Shown: positions 29,825 to 39,706, numbered from the stretch's first letter. The stretch is 46,628 bases of DNA from Candidatus Heimdallarchaeota archaeon (GCA_019058275.1 JAHLVW010000019.1:1-46628), one strand, 5' to 3'. Notes: generated by a model from the sequence alone, not told the origin. Translations and numbers: made by a program.

Positions 29825-30196
29825 TTGCTTGCAAAATTTCTAACAAAAGAAGAAGTTGAAAACAAAATTCGTGAATTCTTACATGAACACAATTATCAAT
29901 ATAAAGAAGGAATAATCGTTCAAAAAAAACTCAAAGCAATTGATTTTGCAGTAACAACATCAGAATCAAAAGTTGCGATTATGCTATTTATGTGGAACCG
30001 ATCTCTTCCATATGATAAAGTCTTCTACTTAGAGGAATATCTCAATAAATATGGTATTGATAAAGTTCTACTAATATGTAAACAAATAAGTCCAAGAGCG
30101 AAAGAAATTATACGTAAAGAGAAAATCAGCATTGAAATAATTTATGAATCAGATTTTAGAACAATGAAAGAGAGTCCATTACTTGGACGACTTTAA
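29825..30196 (+). CDS. Restriction endonuclease-like (PD-(D/E)XK/Mrr-type) fold protein, probably inactive
   Basis: EVENKIREFL...IDFAV...WNRSL...ISPRAKE pattern; no ExK motif. Confidence 0.5.
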   Translation: MLAKFLTKEEVENKIREFLHEHNYQYKEGIIVQKKLKAIDFAVTTSESKVAIMLFMWNRSLPYDKVFYLEEYLNKYGIDKVLLICKQISPRAKEIIRKEKISIEIIYESDFRTMKESPLLGRL

Positions 30197-30233
30197 TAAC
30201 AATTTTTGAGGGGATATAACTAAATTCCTCTTT

Positions 30234-30440
30234 TTATTCTATTTTTAAAATTTCTTTTTCCAATCTTACAGGAATTGCTGGCCAGATTTTTTCTAAAAGT
30301 ATCATGTTGCATTTAATACATTTAACTTTCTTCTCAACAAAACCATCATCATAGTAGTCATAAGATGTAGATAACCCTTTATCACAAATGATGTCAATAT
30401 TGCAATGCTCACATTGATAATACTTCTTTGGTAGTTTCAT
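30234..30440 (-). CDS. Small Zn-ribbon protein
   Basis: CEHC...CIKC; start taken at MKLPKKYY (longer GTG ORF extends to 30533). Confidence 0.55.
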   Translation of the reverse strand: MKLPKKYYQCEHCNIDIICDKGLSTSYDYYDDGFVEKKVKCIKCNMILLEKIWPAIPVRLEKEILKIE

Positions 30441-30689
30441 TTTAGGTGGCCAAGTATATACTGAACATGAAACGCAAGTATCTCGCATATTGCATTGTAA
30501 ATGTCTTCCTCTTACTGTCAATTGTATATCCACTTCTGATTTTATTAAACAAAATCAACTGTATAATGTTTGTTGATAGCTAGAAATAATCTTTGTGATA
30601 GGACTAAACATCAGGTTAATATAAATTGGTCTATAAAGAATCTATTTTCCACTAGGAATGTAGTTTGTACACATCTTTATTTGAGTCAT

Positions 30690-30917
30690 CTAATCATCAT
30701 ACTCATCTTTATCGGATGAGAGTAACCAATCCAAATAATCTTGTTTCTTCCTTTTCTCCTCATAATATGGATCCTCTTCATCACGCTTAGTATCAAAATG
30801 CTCTCTTTTCATTTTGTCAAATTCGTATCGATTAATAACTAACCCACATGATGTGCAAACATATCTTGGTGGTTCATATTCCATTTTGCCTTTACAACTT
30901 GGGCATCTTGGTGGCAT
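30690..30917 (-). CDS. Small archaeal Zn-ribbon protein
   Basis: CPSC...CTSCG; C-terminal KQDYLDWLLS; GGAG SD before MPPRC. Confidence 0.7.
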   Translation of the reverse strand: MPPRCPSCKGKMEYEPPRYVCTSCGLVINRYEFDKMKREHFDTKRDEEDPYYEEKRKKQDYLDWLLSSDKDEYDD

Positions 30918-31044
30918 GTTTAGTTCTCCAATCGTTAAGAGTTTTGATTTTACAATTACTTTTAAATCCATACTCTATTATTATATTTTGCATTTAGCAA
31001 ATAAGAACTTGCTTTTAAAACTATTGTAATATGTTTAACTTCAT

Positions 31045-31467
31045 CTACTTAGAATCAGTTTTTACATTTAAATTCTTCAATTTATGTTTGGGCTTTACAA
31101 CATTCAAAAGAATGGTTATCTTTTCCTTGAGCATCCAACAAATTTTATAAAATTCAATAATATCATCAATATCCTCTAACTTCTGAAATAAACCGAATGT
31201 ATCATCAAAAGCTTGTCTAATTTTACTTTCAGATCTTACCTGTTTTAGTGTTTTCCCAAATTCCTCTTTCCATTTATTATTGAGAGTTTCCTTTTCAAGA
31301 TTATTTAAAAGCTTCAAAGCAATGACTACAAATTCGATTTCAGCACGTGCAAACCAAACTTTTTCATAGGAAATAGAATAATTTTCAGGATTTAATTCAT
31401 CATATGCTTTACTAAGCAATTCCTTTGCAGTATCAATTTTTTCTACAATATCTGAACTAAGTGCCAT
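31045..31467 (-). CDS. Hypothetical helical protein
   Basis: 140-aa ORF downstream of gatD with a GAGG SD. Confidence 0.65.
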   Translation of the reverse strand: MALSSDIVEKIDTAKELLSKAYDELNPENYSISYEKVWFARAEIEFVVIALKLLNNLEKETLNNKWKEEFGKTLKQVRSESKIRQAFDDTFGLFQKLEDIDDIIEFYKICWMLKEKITILLNVVKPKHKLKNLNVKTDSK

Positions 31468-31506
31468 ATTGCGTTATCCTCTTCTAATTTCCAAAGTATA
31501 TGATTT

Positions 31507-32898
31507 TTATTTTTCCTTCTGGATTAACTTATCAATTCTTCTGTCTACTTTACCTTGCATAATCAGATAACCATTATATGGTTCTCGCTCAGTAATTTCA
31601 CCAGCTAAATTCTTTTGCATCAATTCTTTTACAAAAGCCAATTCTTTTGTATGACCTAATACCCACATAGCCTTTACTAAGGCTACTTCAGGAAGCATAT
31701 TTGCTAATGGAATCACTCCAGCTTCCAATAGCATTCTTCCTGATTCGTAAACATTCATACCTGTGAAACCCCACAAACACTGAGATGTCATAAAAACAGG
31801 AATTTCATTCTCAGTTGCTCGCTTTATTGATTTGATTAGCTTTTTGTTAACATGTCCTAATCCTGTTCCAGCTATTACAAGTCCACTATATTTATTATTT
31901 ACAAAGAAATCAACGAGCTCAGTTTTCATTCCTGGGAAACTATAAAGTAGACCAACATTATCATCAATCTTCGTGTCAATTTCCAAGTTTACTTTTCGTG
32001 TAGTGCGTTTATTATAATTCGCTCCAGTAGGAATGATTTTTTCATTTTGTATTTTGGCTAATGGGATATCACCAATTGTCTTGAAAGCATCTCTTCTACT
32101 TGAATGCATTTTACGAACTCTTGTTCCTCTATGAACGAGATTGTATGCATCTCCTGAGGTTCCATGCATACAAATAACCACTTCAGCAATATCTGAGTTT
32201 GCAGCAATTTGAATACTGCTAATTAAATTGATTGCTGCATCACTAGATGGTCGATCGCTACTTCGTTGTGAACCAACAAAAACAATTGGTCTATCTAGGT
32301 TCTTAATCATAAATGAAACCGCTGCTGCAGTCATATGAATCGTGTCAGTACCATGGGCAATAACAACACCTCTAGGGTTAATAGATTCAATACAACTAAC
32401 TATTTCATTTACAAGAACAATCCAATCTCCTGGGTCTATGTCTTCACTAAATTTCTGAAAAACAAGTTTAGTTTCTAAATTACAGATCTTTTGTAGCTCG
32501 GGTATTGCATTGTATAATTCTTGAGGTGTAAAAGCCGGAATGACTGCTCCAGTTCGATAATCTAATTTCGATGCTACTGTTCCACCAGTTCCAATTAAAA
32601 CAACTGTAGGTTTTTTAGGATTTTTCTCAATTTTTTTAGCTGGGATTTTGTAATTAGCTTCGATTTGTCCAGTTGCTTTAATTTCCAAAATTGAATCTAA
32701 ATTAATACCAATATTATAACCAGATGGTAGTTTTATAATAATATGTTTGTCGTCTCCTTGTTCACCACGAGGTAATATTATACCTTTAAATGTCCCTTTC
32801 TTTGTTTTTATGGTAACTTTTGACCAAACTTTAATGTCTTGTGCATCAAGCCAAATGGCAGCAATACCACGGTAATCATTTTCTGGTTCTTCAGACAC
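31507..32898 (-). CDS. gatD: Glu-tRNA(Gln) amidotransferase subunit D
   Basis: N-terminal KLPSGYNIG domain; GTGGTVAS; HGTDT; GSQRSSDRPSSD; RKMHSSRRDAF. Confidence 0.96.
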   Translation of the reverse strand: MSEEPENDYRGIAAIWLDAQDIKVWSKVTIKTKKGTFKGIILPRGEQGDDKHIIIKLPSGYNIGINLDSILEIKATGQIEANYKIPAKKIEKNPKKPTVVLIGTGGTVASKLDYRTGAVIPAFTPQELYNAIPELQKICNLETKLVFQKFSEDIDPGDWIVLVNEIVSCIESINPRGVVIAHGTDTIHMTAAAVSFMIKNLDRPIVFVGSQRSSDRPSSDAAINLISSIQIAANSDIAEVVICMHGTSGDAYNLVHRGTRVRKMHSSRRDAFKTIGDIPLAKIQNEKIIPTGANYNKRTTRKVNLEIDTKIDDNVGLLYSFPGMKTELVDFFVNNKYSGLVIAGTGLGHVNKKLIKSIKRATENEIPVFMTSQCLWGFTGMNVYESGRMLLEAGVIPLANMLPEVALVKAMWVLGHTKELAFVKELMQKNLAGEITEREPYNGYLIMQGKVDRRIDKLIQKEK

Positions 32899-33107
32899 AA
32901 TTCATCAACTCGAATGTCCATTCATTCTTCTAATCTTCTTGAATAAACGTTATTTTCTTTAAGTCTTTTCAAGAAAAGCGCTTTTTAACCACTAACAAAG
33001 TTTTATATTTATTAAAAAATGAATTTGTTTAGGATAGATATGTGGATTTAAAAAAACCTTAGCAAATAGTATGATATAATTAGTTATGAAAGGTAAGAGG
33101 GAAAAAT

Positions 33108-35039
33108 TTGACTCAAAGTACAAAGAAATCAGCTATCGATTATTCATCTTTAGGATTAAAATGTGGTCTTGAGTTGCACCAACAACTTGAAACTGGACGA
33201 AAATTATTCTGTAGATGCGAATCCGAATTGTGTTTAGATAAACCTCAAGCAATAATTACAAGACATATGCGTCCAACTCTTTCTGAATTAGGTGAATATG
33301 ATAAAGCTGCTTTGATGGAATTTAAAAAACAAAAAGATATAGTTTACGAAATTCATGATTCTGTCTGTTCTTATGAATTTGATGAAACTCCTCCTTTTGA
33401 ACCAGATCCAAAAGCAATTGATTTAGCATTATCAATCGCAAAATTACTCCAAATGGATATTTTTGATGAATTACATGTTAACCGTAAGCAATATCTTGAT
33501 GGTTCAATACCAACAGGCTTTCAAAGAACAATGTTGATTGGTGTTGGTGGGAAAGTAAAAGTAGCAAATAAAATCGTAAATCTTGATATGATCGCTCTGG
33601 AAGAAGATTCTTGTAGAGAGATTAGCAATATTGGAAGAACAATAACTTGGCGAGTGGATCGCTTAGGAATACCTCTTGTAGAAATTGCAACAAAGACTAT
33701 ATCAGTAACAAATCCAGAAGAAGTAAAAGAAATTGCATTAGCTATTGGTCGAATTTTACGTGCAACTGAAAAAGTGAAAAGAGGTTTAGGTACTATTCGA
33801 CAAGATTTGAATATAAGTATAGAAAAGGGGGCGAGAATTGAGATAAAAGGTGTTCAAGTATTAGATATGCTTCCAGAATATGTAAAGTATGAAGTAGATA
33901 GACAACTTGCACTAATTGAAATAAAAGAAGAGCTTGAGAAAAGAGGTTTAAAATCGGAATCCTTTTCTGAAGAACATAAACAATTAAATAAATTCTTCAA
34001 AAATACCAAATGTAAATTCTTGAAAGAAGCAATAGCAAATAAAGTACAGATACTAGGACAGAAATTGCTTGGAATGAAAGATCTTTTAGGTAAAAAAGTT
34101 CAAGCAGAACTATCATTTGGTAAAGAACTAGCAGATAGGGTGAAAGTAATAACTGGTTTGGGTGGAATCATCCATACGGATGAATTGCCAAATTACGGTA
34201 TCACTCAAGAAGAAACAGAGAAGCTTTTAACTTTCTTTAACTGCGATAAAAATGATGCAGTGGTTTTTGTTATAGGGAAAAAACAAGAAGCAATTCAAGC
34301 GATAACTGAAATTGTTATCAGAGTTAAAGAAATATTTGCTGGTGTACCAAACGAAACCAGACATGCTAATGATGATGGAACAACTAGCTTTAGGAGATAT
34401 TTAGGAGGGGCCGGTCGTATGTATCCTGATACTGATTCTTATCCTATACTAATATCAAAAGCTAGAATCAAAAGAATTGAAGATAATCTTCCTGAATTGC
34501 CAGACAAAAAAGAAGAACGATACATAAAGGAATTGAATTTGCCAGAAGATCTAGCAAAGGATTTAGCTATCTCTAACAAAGCATCCCTTTTTGATGAATT
34601 AGTGGAAATGAACATTGATCCAATGTTAATAGCTGTAACATTAGAACAGACACTGAAAGCATTAGCAAGAGAAAATGTTCCAATTGGTAATCTGTCAGAT
34701 AAGCGGATTAAAGAAATATTTGAGTTATTAGCGCAACAGAAAATAGCAAAAGAAGCAATTGATGAACTAATGAAATATCTAGCAAAGAATCCAAGAGAAA
34801 GAACTGAAGTTGCTTTAGAACATTTAGGCTTGAAAGTTATAACAGAAGATCAACTTGTGAAAATCATCCATGAGGTAATTGAAAAGAGCATAGATATAAT
34901 AAAAGAATCCAAAGAACACGCAAAAGGGAATTTAATGGGACAAGTTATGACTCAAGCAAGAGGAAAAGTGGATGGTAAAATAGTTAATCAATTGCTTAGC
35001 AAACAATTGAATGAGAAATTGAAGGAATTGAAATTATAA
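33108..35039 (+). CDS. gatE: Glu-tRNA(Gln) amidotransferase subunit E
   Basis: GLELHQQL, KLFC, DGSIPTGFQRT, EEDS, DRLGIPLVEI, GTIRQDLNISI, RMYPDTD. Confidence 0.96.
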   Translation: MTQSTKKSAIDYSSLGLKCGLELHQQLETGRKLFCRCESELCLDKPQAIITRHMRPTLSELGEYDKAALMEFKKQKDIVYEIHDSVCSYEFDETPPFEPDPKAIDLALSIAKLLQMDIFDELHVNRKQYLDGSIPTGFQRTMLIGVGGKVKVANKIVNLDMIALEEDSCREISNIGRTITWRVDRLGIPLVEIATKTISVTNPEEVKEIALAIGRILRATEKVKRGLGTIRQDLNISIEKGARIEIKGVQVLDMLPEYVKYEVDRQLALIEIKEELEKRGLKSESFSEEHKQLNKFFKNTKCKFLKEAIANKVQILGQKLLGMKDLLGKKVQAELSFGKELADRVKVITGLGGIIHTDELPNYGITQEETEKLLTFFNCDKNDAVVFVIGKKQEAIQAITEIVIRVKEIFAGVPNETRHANDDGTTSFRRYLGGAGRMYPDTDSYPILISKARIKRIEDNLPELPDKKEERYIKELNLPEDLAKDLAISNKASLFDELVEMNIDPMLIAVTLEQTLKALARENVPIGNLSDKRIKEIFELLAQQKIAKEAIDELMKYLAKNPRERTEVALEHLGLKVITEDQLVKIIHEVIEKSIDIIKESKEHAKGNLMGQVMTQARGKVDGKIVNQLLSKQLNEKLKELKL

Positions 35040-35049
35040 AATAAGGATG

Positions 35050-35547
35050 CTATTCTGATAATGCTTTGATATCTATAGCCATCTTAATAACTCTTCCATA
35101 ACCCTCATCAACTTCTTCAACTATCTCCCTATTGATCATATCATTAACTTTGTCTCGTATAATCCTTCTTGAAGCAGTTCCCCTTTCTTGTCTTATAGAA
35201 GCAGTTAGTTGTGAGATGTTCTTTAGACCTTCTCGAGTTAAAACATCAACAATTAGACGTTCAATCGCATCTAAATTGACATCAGGTCGAAGACGCATAA
35301 GCCATTTCGAAGGCGAAAAAATAGTTGCCACATTTGTTACTTCTTGAAAAGTTCTCAATATAGCAAGTGTCATATTCAATGAACCAGTTGCATCTTGAAT
35401 GTCTGGACTAATTTTCTCTATTTTACTTTCAAGATCTGTAATTCTCTGAATGGTCTGATCAAGTTTATCATTAAGAAGCTCTAAAGCATTTGGATTTAAA
35501 GTTGCTTTTTCTACTGATTTCTTTTTCTTTTCTTTCTCAGCTACCAT
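35050..35547 (-). CDS. Coiled-coil plus C-terminal winged-HTH putative transcription regulator
   Basis: N-terminal heptads; NISQLT...RGTASRRIIRDKVNDM...IVEEV is wHTH-like. Confidence 0.65.
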   Translation of the reverse strand: MVAEKEKKKKSVEKATLNPNALELLNDKLDQTIQRITDLESKIEKISPDIQDATGSLNMTLAILRTFQEVTNVATIFSPSKWLMRLRPDVNLDAIERLIVDVLTREGLKNISQLTASIRQERGTASRRIIRDKVNDMINREIVEEVDEGYGRVIKMAIDIKALSE

Positions 35548-35688
35548 TCTTCACCCTCATGACTATTTCTCGTTTTATTCTTCCTTGGGTGTCTTCTTAC
35601 ATTTTTCTATACTTTATTTACAAATTCCTATATTTAAACCTTCTAATTCACTGGTTTAAGTAATTCAATAAACATTGCCAACAATAGA

Positions 35689-36051
35689 TTAAGATATAAA
35701 GGTATATGAATGAGGATTATTAGATTCGCTAGTTTCTTGTATACTAATCTCTGATTCTTTCTTATTTTCTTTTCCTAATCTAATTCCAGTTCTTGATAAT
35801 CTGAATAGTCCTCTAAAACTTCCATAACCCACAAGAAATGATTTGTACTTTTTAGCATAAATTTTGGCTTTGTCTCGAGGCATCCCGTTTTTAACCATTT
35901 GACGTTGCACTTTGTTTTTTATGTGTAATCTCCGAAAAGCTATAATTATAGATCCAGGTATCAATACAAATGAGAGATACAATAGCAACCATATAAATTC
36001 AAGTGTACCCCAGAAGGTTATTCGGATTACATTCCAAAATGTGTTTGCCAT
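35689..36051 (-). CDS. Hypothetical membrane-anchored protein
   Basis: N-terminal hydrophobic helix, then MVKNGMPRDKAKIYAKKY. Confidence 0.6.
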   Translation of the reverse strand: MANTFWNVIRITFWGTLEFIWLLLYLSFVLIPGSIIIAFRRLHIKNKVQRQMVKNGMPRDKAKIYAKKYKSFLVGYGSFRGLFRLSRTGIRLGKENKKESEISIQETSESNNPHSYTFIS

Positions 36052-36122
36052 TTTCTTTATTCACTGCCTTCATTTTCATATTATTTTACTGGTTAAACTT
36101 AAATAAATTAGAAAGTAGAGGT

Positions 36123-36428
36123 TTAGTGCTCTTTCTTATCTTTCTTTATGTCAATGTTCTGTAATGCTTTTCCTAATATATCCATGGAATTTGCATATTT
36201 CATAGTTAGTTTTTCAACCATTTCCTCAGGAAGACCTTGGTCTTGAAGAGTTTTGTATATGGTTGCAATTCCTTTTGCATATTGTTCAGCAGTTTCAGCA
36301 CTATATATAGATGTGAACAAATTTCTAATTAAATCTGGAACCTCTTGGTTTATTACAGAAAAGAGTTCCTTTAAATCCTCAACAGGGATTTCATCACTAT
36401 TTTTTTTGATTTTTATTTCTTTATTCAT
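36123..36428 (-). CDS. Hypothetical helical protein
   Basis: IYKTLQDQGLPEEMVEKLTMKY motif; GGGTGATC SD. Confidence 0.7.
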   Translation of the reverse strand: MNKEIKIKKNSDEIPVEDLKELFSVINQEVPDLIRNLFTSIYSAETAEQYAKGIATIYKTLQDQGLPEEMVEKLTMKYANSMDILGKALQNIDIKKDKKEH

Positions 36429-36473
36429 CTTTTGATCACCCTAATGGTTTTGTTATCTATATCTACTAATATC

Positions 36474-36511
36474 TGGTCACTATATATTATTTAAATGGGA
36501 AAATGTGACCA
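36474..36511 (-). promoter_or_regulatory. TATA box flanked by a 7-bp inverted repeat (candidate operator)
   Basis: TGGTCAC (36474-36480) and GTGACCA (36505-36511) enclose TTTAAATA on the minus strand. Confidence 0.5.
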
Positions 36512-36616
36512 TGTGATTTCAATTCTAAATTACCCATAGTTATCATAATCCAAAAGTTTTTTGAAGAAAACTCCTAATCATTAAATGCGTGTGAAATTTT
36601 TCGGAGAAGAAAATCA

Positions 36617-37822
36617 ATGGTTGCTTCACTTTATCAAACAATTCCAAGTATTTTAGCTCTAATTTTCTGTTCAGTTATTCTTATTTTGTTAGGTTTGAAT
36701 TATTTAATAAATAGATTCCTGCCAACTTTATTGTTAATATTGTTCTTTATTGGAACGATGCTCTGGTCTGCTACAAAACTAGTTAGTATACTTTTACTAG
36801 AATCAACTAATGAAACTTTTATGTTAATTTGGAAAATTAGTTCACTTTCTGTGCTAATTATATCATTACTTTTGATCTCATATTTTAGAGATTTGTTAGT
36901 TAATGATTCTCTCTCTAGACAATCTGTACTAACCTCATTTCTTGCTGGTGTTACACTTACAGCACTCTGGTTGGGACCCATTGTGAGACCTTATAACATT
37001 AATTTAGATTGGTTCGGTCCTTTTGTAGAAGTAAATTATGATTCTGTAAGTGGATGGAATACTGATTATTCATATCCCTTTATGGGTATTTTACTCGTTT
37101 ATCTTCTAGTAATCTATTTGTTCATGTTTATTATGTTTGCAAAAGGCTTGAAAAAAGCAGCCAGAAAAAAACAGCGACAACAAATTATACTAATAATTAC
37201 TGGTTTAGCTATTGCAGCTGTAGGTGGAACGGCTTTGAATTATGTTCTTAACTCAGTTCCAGCTTTCCAAGCATTTGGTGATTTTGATTTGATTTTCGTT
37301 GTGATAGGTTTTGCTATTGTTGCTTCTGCTTATTTACGATCACCAATTCAGATTTATTTTGCCCCAATTTCAGCATATCGGTTAATTGTTATGAATAATG
37401 GTGGTATTCCACTACTATCTCATGATTTCTGTGAGATGGGTGAAGAAGGATTTTCAATGGACTCAGCTCTTTTTAGTGGAGCTTTATCTGGTGTGATTAA
37501 TATCCTAAAGGAAACATTAGCAAGTGAAACTATGCCAAGCATCTTCCATCTAGAAGATAGGGTTTTACTTTTAGAGAAAACCGAGTCAGCATTATTTGCT
37601 TTGATTGCAGATTCTGATTCTAGGGTTTTACGTTCAGCATTGAAAGATTTCAGTAATGAATTTGAGAAAGCATACAAAGATACTCTCAAAGATTGGAAAG
37701 GATTAATAGATGATTTTAAGAGTGCTTATTCATTGATTACTGAGGATTTTGCATTCATAATTTCTAGTGAGGTTGTTAAAAGCAAAACAACAGAAATTGA
37801 TGAAATAACAAGTGAATTTTAA
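36617..37822 (+). CDS. 7TM membrane protein fused to a C-terminal longin-like domain
   Basis: Seven hydrophobic segments in residues about 8-240, then AYRLIVMNNGGIPLLSHDF...DSALFSGALSG...FEKAY...WKG. Confidence 0.7.
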   Translation: MVASLYQTIPSILALIFCSVILILLGLNYLINRFLPTLLLILFFIGTMLWSATKLVSILLLESTNETFMLIWKISSLSVLIISLLLISYFRDLLVNDSLSRQSVLTSFLAGVTLTALWLGPIVRPYNINLDWFGPFVEVNYDSVSGWNTDYSYPFMGILLVYLLVIYLFMFIMFAKGLKKAARKKQRQQIILIITGLAIAAVGGTALNYVLNSVPAFQAFGDFDLIFVVIGFAIVASAYLRSPIQIYFAPISAYRLIVMNNGGIPLLSHDFCEMGEEGFSMDSALFSGALSGVINILKETLASETMPSIFHLEDRVLLLEKTESALFALIADSDSRVLRSALKDFSNEFEKAYKDTLKDWKGLIDDFKSAYSLITEDFAFIISSEVVKSKTTEIDEITSEF

Positions 37823-38053
37823 ATAGGCTTTTAGAGTTCATTTTATGCTCTTTCTTAATTTTAATTGTAGCTAGGAGCAGTAAATTATATATTATGCAAC
37901 TTCGTACAAAACAATAACGAATTATGAATCGTTAATAATCTCGAGAGAAGTGATTTCAAGCTATCCAAAAGATTTATAGAATGAAAACTCTCGTCGAGTC
38001 TTAAGAATAATAATAATTTACTATTTGAAAAAGAAAATCAGAGGTATTTGTAA

Positions 38054-38512
38054 TTGTCAATAAATTTCGATAATTTCAAGCATTTAGTCCGCATTTCTGG
38101 GAAGGACATCAGAGGAGATAAACACGTAGTCAATGGGCTTACTATGATACGTGGCATTGGTCCCAGAATGGCTGATATTGTCTTGAAAAAAGCAAAAATA
38201 AAACCTGATACCTTTATAGGATTATTAACAGATGCGCAAGTAGATAAGTTAGATGAAATTATTAAAGATCCTATAAAATTTGGTGTCCCTAGATGGTTTG
38301 TTAATCACGTTAAAGATAGAAATTCAGGTAAAGATATTCATTTAGTTGGATCAAATCTAGCATTATATGATAGAAATGATATCGATAGATTGAAGAAATT
38401 GAGATCCTACCGAGGAGTAAAACATGCTGTTGGTCATAAAGTTCGAGGTCAAAGAACAAAGAGTACTGGCAGAGGTGGCAGATCTATAGGTGTCTCTCGT
38501 AAGAAAACATAA
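38054..38512 (+). CDS. rps13: 30S ribosomal protein uS13
   Basis: IRGIG, PRWFVN, SYRGVKH, VRGQRTKSTGR. Confidence 0.96.
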   Translation: MSINFDNFKHLVRISGKDIRGDKHVVNGLTMIRGIGPRMADIVLKKAKIKPDTFIGLLTDAQVDKLDEIIKDPIKFGVPRWFVNHVKDRNSGKDIHLVGSNLALYDRNDIDRLKKLRSYRGVKHAVGHKVRGQRTKSTGRGGRSIGVSRKKT

Positions 38513-38524
38513 AGGTGAAGAAAT

Positions 38525-39259
38525 ATGGGCGATCCAAAGAGAATTAAAAAGAAATACAAAACACCTCGTCAACCTTTTGCTAGACAAAGGATTGAGCATG
38601 ATTTACAAATTGTTGGAAAATATGGCTTAAGAAACATGAAATCTGTCTGGAAGTTCTCAACCTTATTGAGACATTTCAGAGGGAATGCTCGTAGACTCTT
38701 AAGTCTTGATGATGAAGATCGAAAAACTGGCGAATTAGAACTACTTGGTAGATTGCAAAGAATGGGCCTAGTAGCAAAAAATGCTACACTTGATAATGTT
38801 TTAAGTTTGCAAATTGAAAACTTCCTAGAGAGAAGATTGCAAACATTAGTTCATAAGAAAGGTTTTGCAACAACACCATATCATTCTCGTCAGATGATAG
38901 TTCATGGTCACATTTCTATTGGTGATCGCATTGCTAAATCACCAAATTATTTAGTTCCTCCATCAGAAGAGAATTCTATAGTTTTTACATCAGATTCACC
39001 ATATCGTAAAGCTAGCCATAAAGCGCTACCAACGAATGTCTTTAAATCAAAGAAACCTAAAGTTGATAGAAGAAGACAAGATCGTGGCAGACGTGGACCA
39101 CCTCGACCAAAACCAAAGAAGAAAGTACCAATCAAACAAGATGATGCAAAGGAAAAACCATTGTTAGTTCCAGACGAAACTGGTAAGGAAGTAAAAGATA
39201 TAAAAGAAGAAGAAAGGGTAAAAGAAACGTTACCTCCAAAAATCAAAGATAAGATATAA
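38525..39259 (+). CDS. rps4: 30S ribosomal protein uS4 with a long C-terminal tail
   Basis: MGDPKR, YGLRN, LERRLQT, RQMIVHGHI. Confidence 0.96.
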   Translation: MGDPKRIKKKYKTPRQPFARQRIEHDLQIVGKYGLRNMKSVWKFSTLLRHFRGNARRLLSLDDEDRKTGELELLGRLQRMGLVAKNATLDNVLSLQIENFLERRLQTLVHKKGFATTPYHSRQMIVHGHISIGDRIAKSPNYLVPPSEENSIVFTSDSPYRKASHKALPTNVFKSKKPKVDRRRQDRGRRGPPRPKPKKKVPIKQDDAKEKPLLVPDETGKEVKDIKEEERVKETLPPKIKDKI

Positions 39260-39269
39260 GGTGAAATAA

Positions 39270-39686
39270 ATGAGTTCAGTCAAAGATACTAAAAGAAGAA
39301 GAATCTTAAGAACTGGTATTGTTCATATCTACTCTTCATATAATGATACAATAATAACTGTTACAGATGCAACCGGTAGTGAGACAATAGCTAAACGTTC
39401 AGGTGGAATGTACGTAAAAAGCGATCGATATGAATCTTCACCTTATGCAGCAATGAGAGCTGCTTATGACGCTGCAACAGCTGCTAAAGATAGAGGAATT
39501 ACAAAAATCGATATTGCAGTACGAGCACCTGGTGGAAACGGACCAAGAACACCAGGACCTGGTGCACAAGCAGCAATAAGAGCTTTAGCTAGATCTGGAT
39601 TAAGAATTGGTCGAATTGAAGAAGTAACTCCTGTTGCTCACGATGGAACCAGAAGAGCTGGTGGAAGAAGAGGAAGACGAGTTTAA
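39270..39686 (+). CDS. rps11: 30S ribosomal protein uS11
   Basis: [38 protein letters not shown]. Confidence 0.97.
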   Translation: MSSVKDTKRRRILRTGIVHIYSSYNDTIITVTDATGSETIAKRSGGMYVKSDRYESSPYAAMRAAYDAATAAKDRGITKIDIAVRAPGGNGPRTPGPGAQAAIRALARSGLRIGRIEEVTPVAHDGTRRAGGRRGRRV

Positions 39687-39706
39687 ACTGCTCAGGTGTA
39701 AATGAT

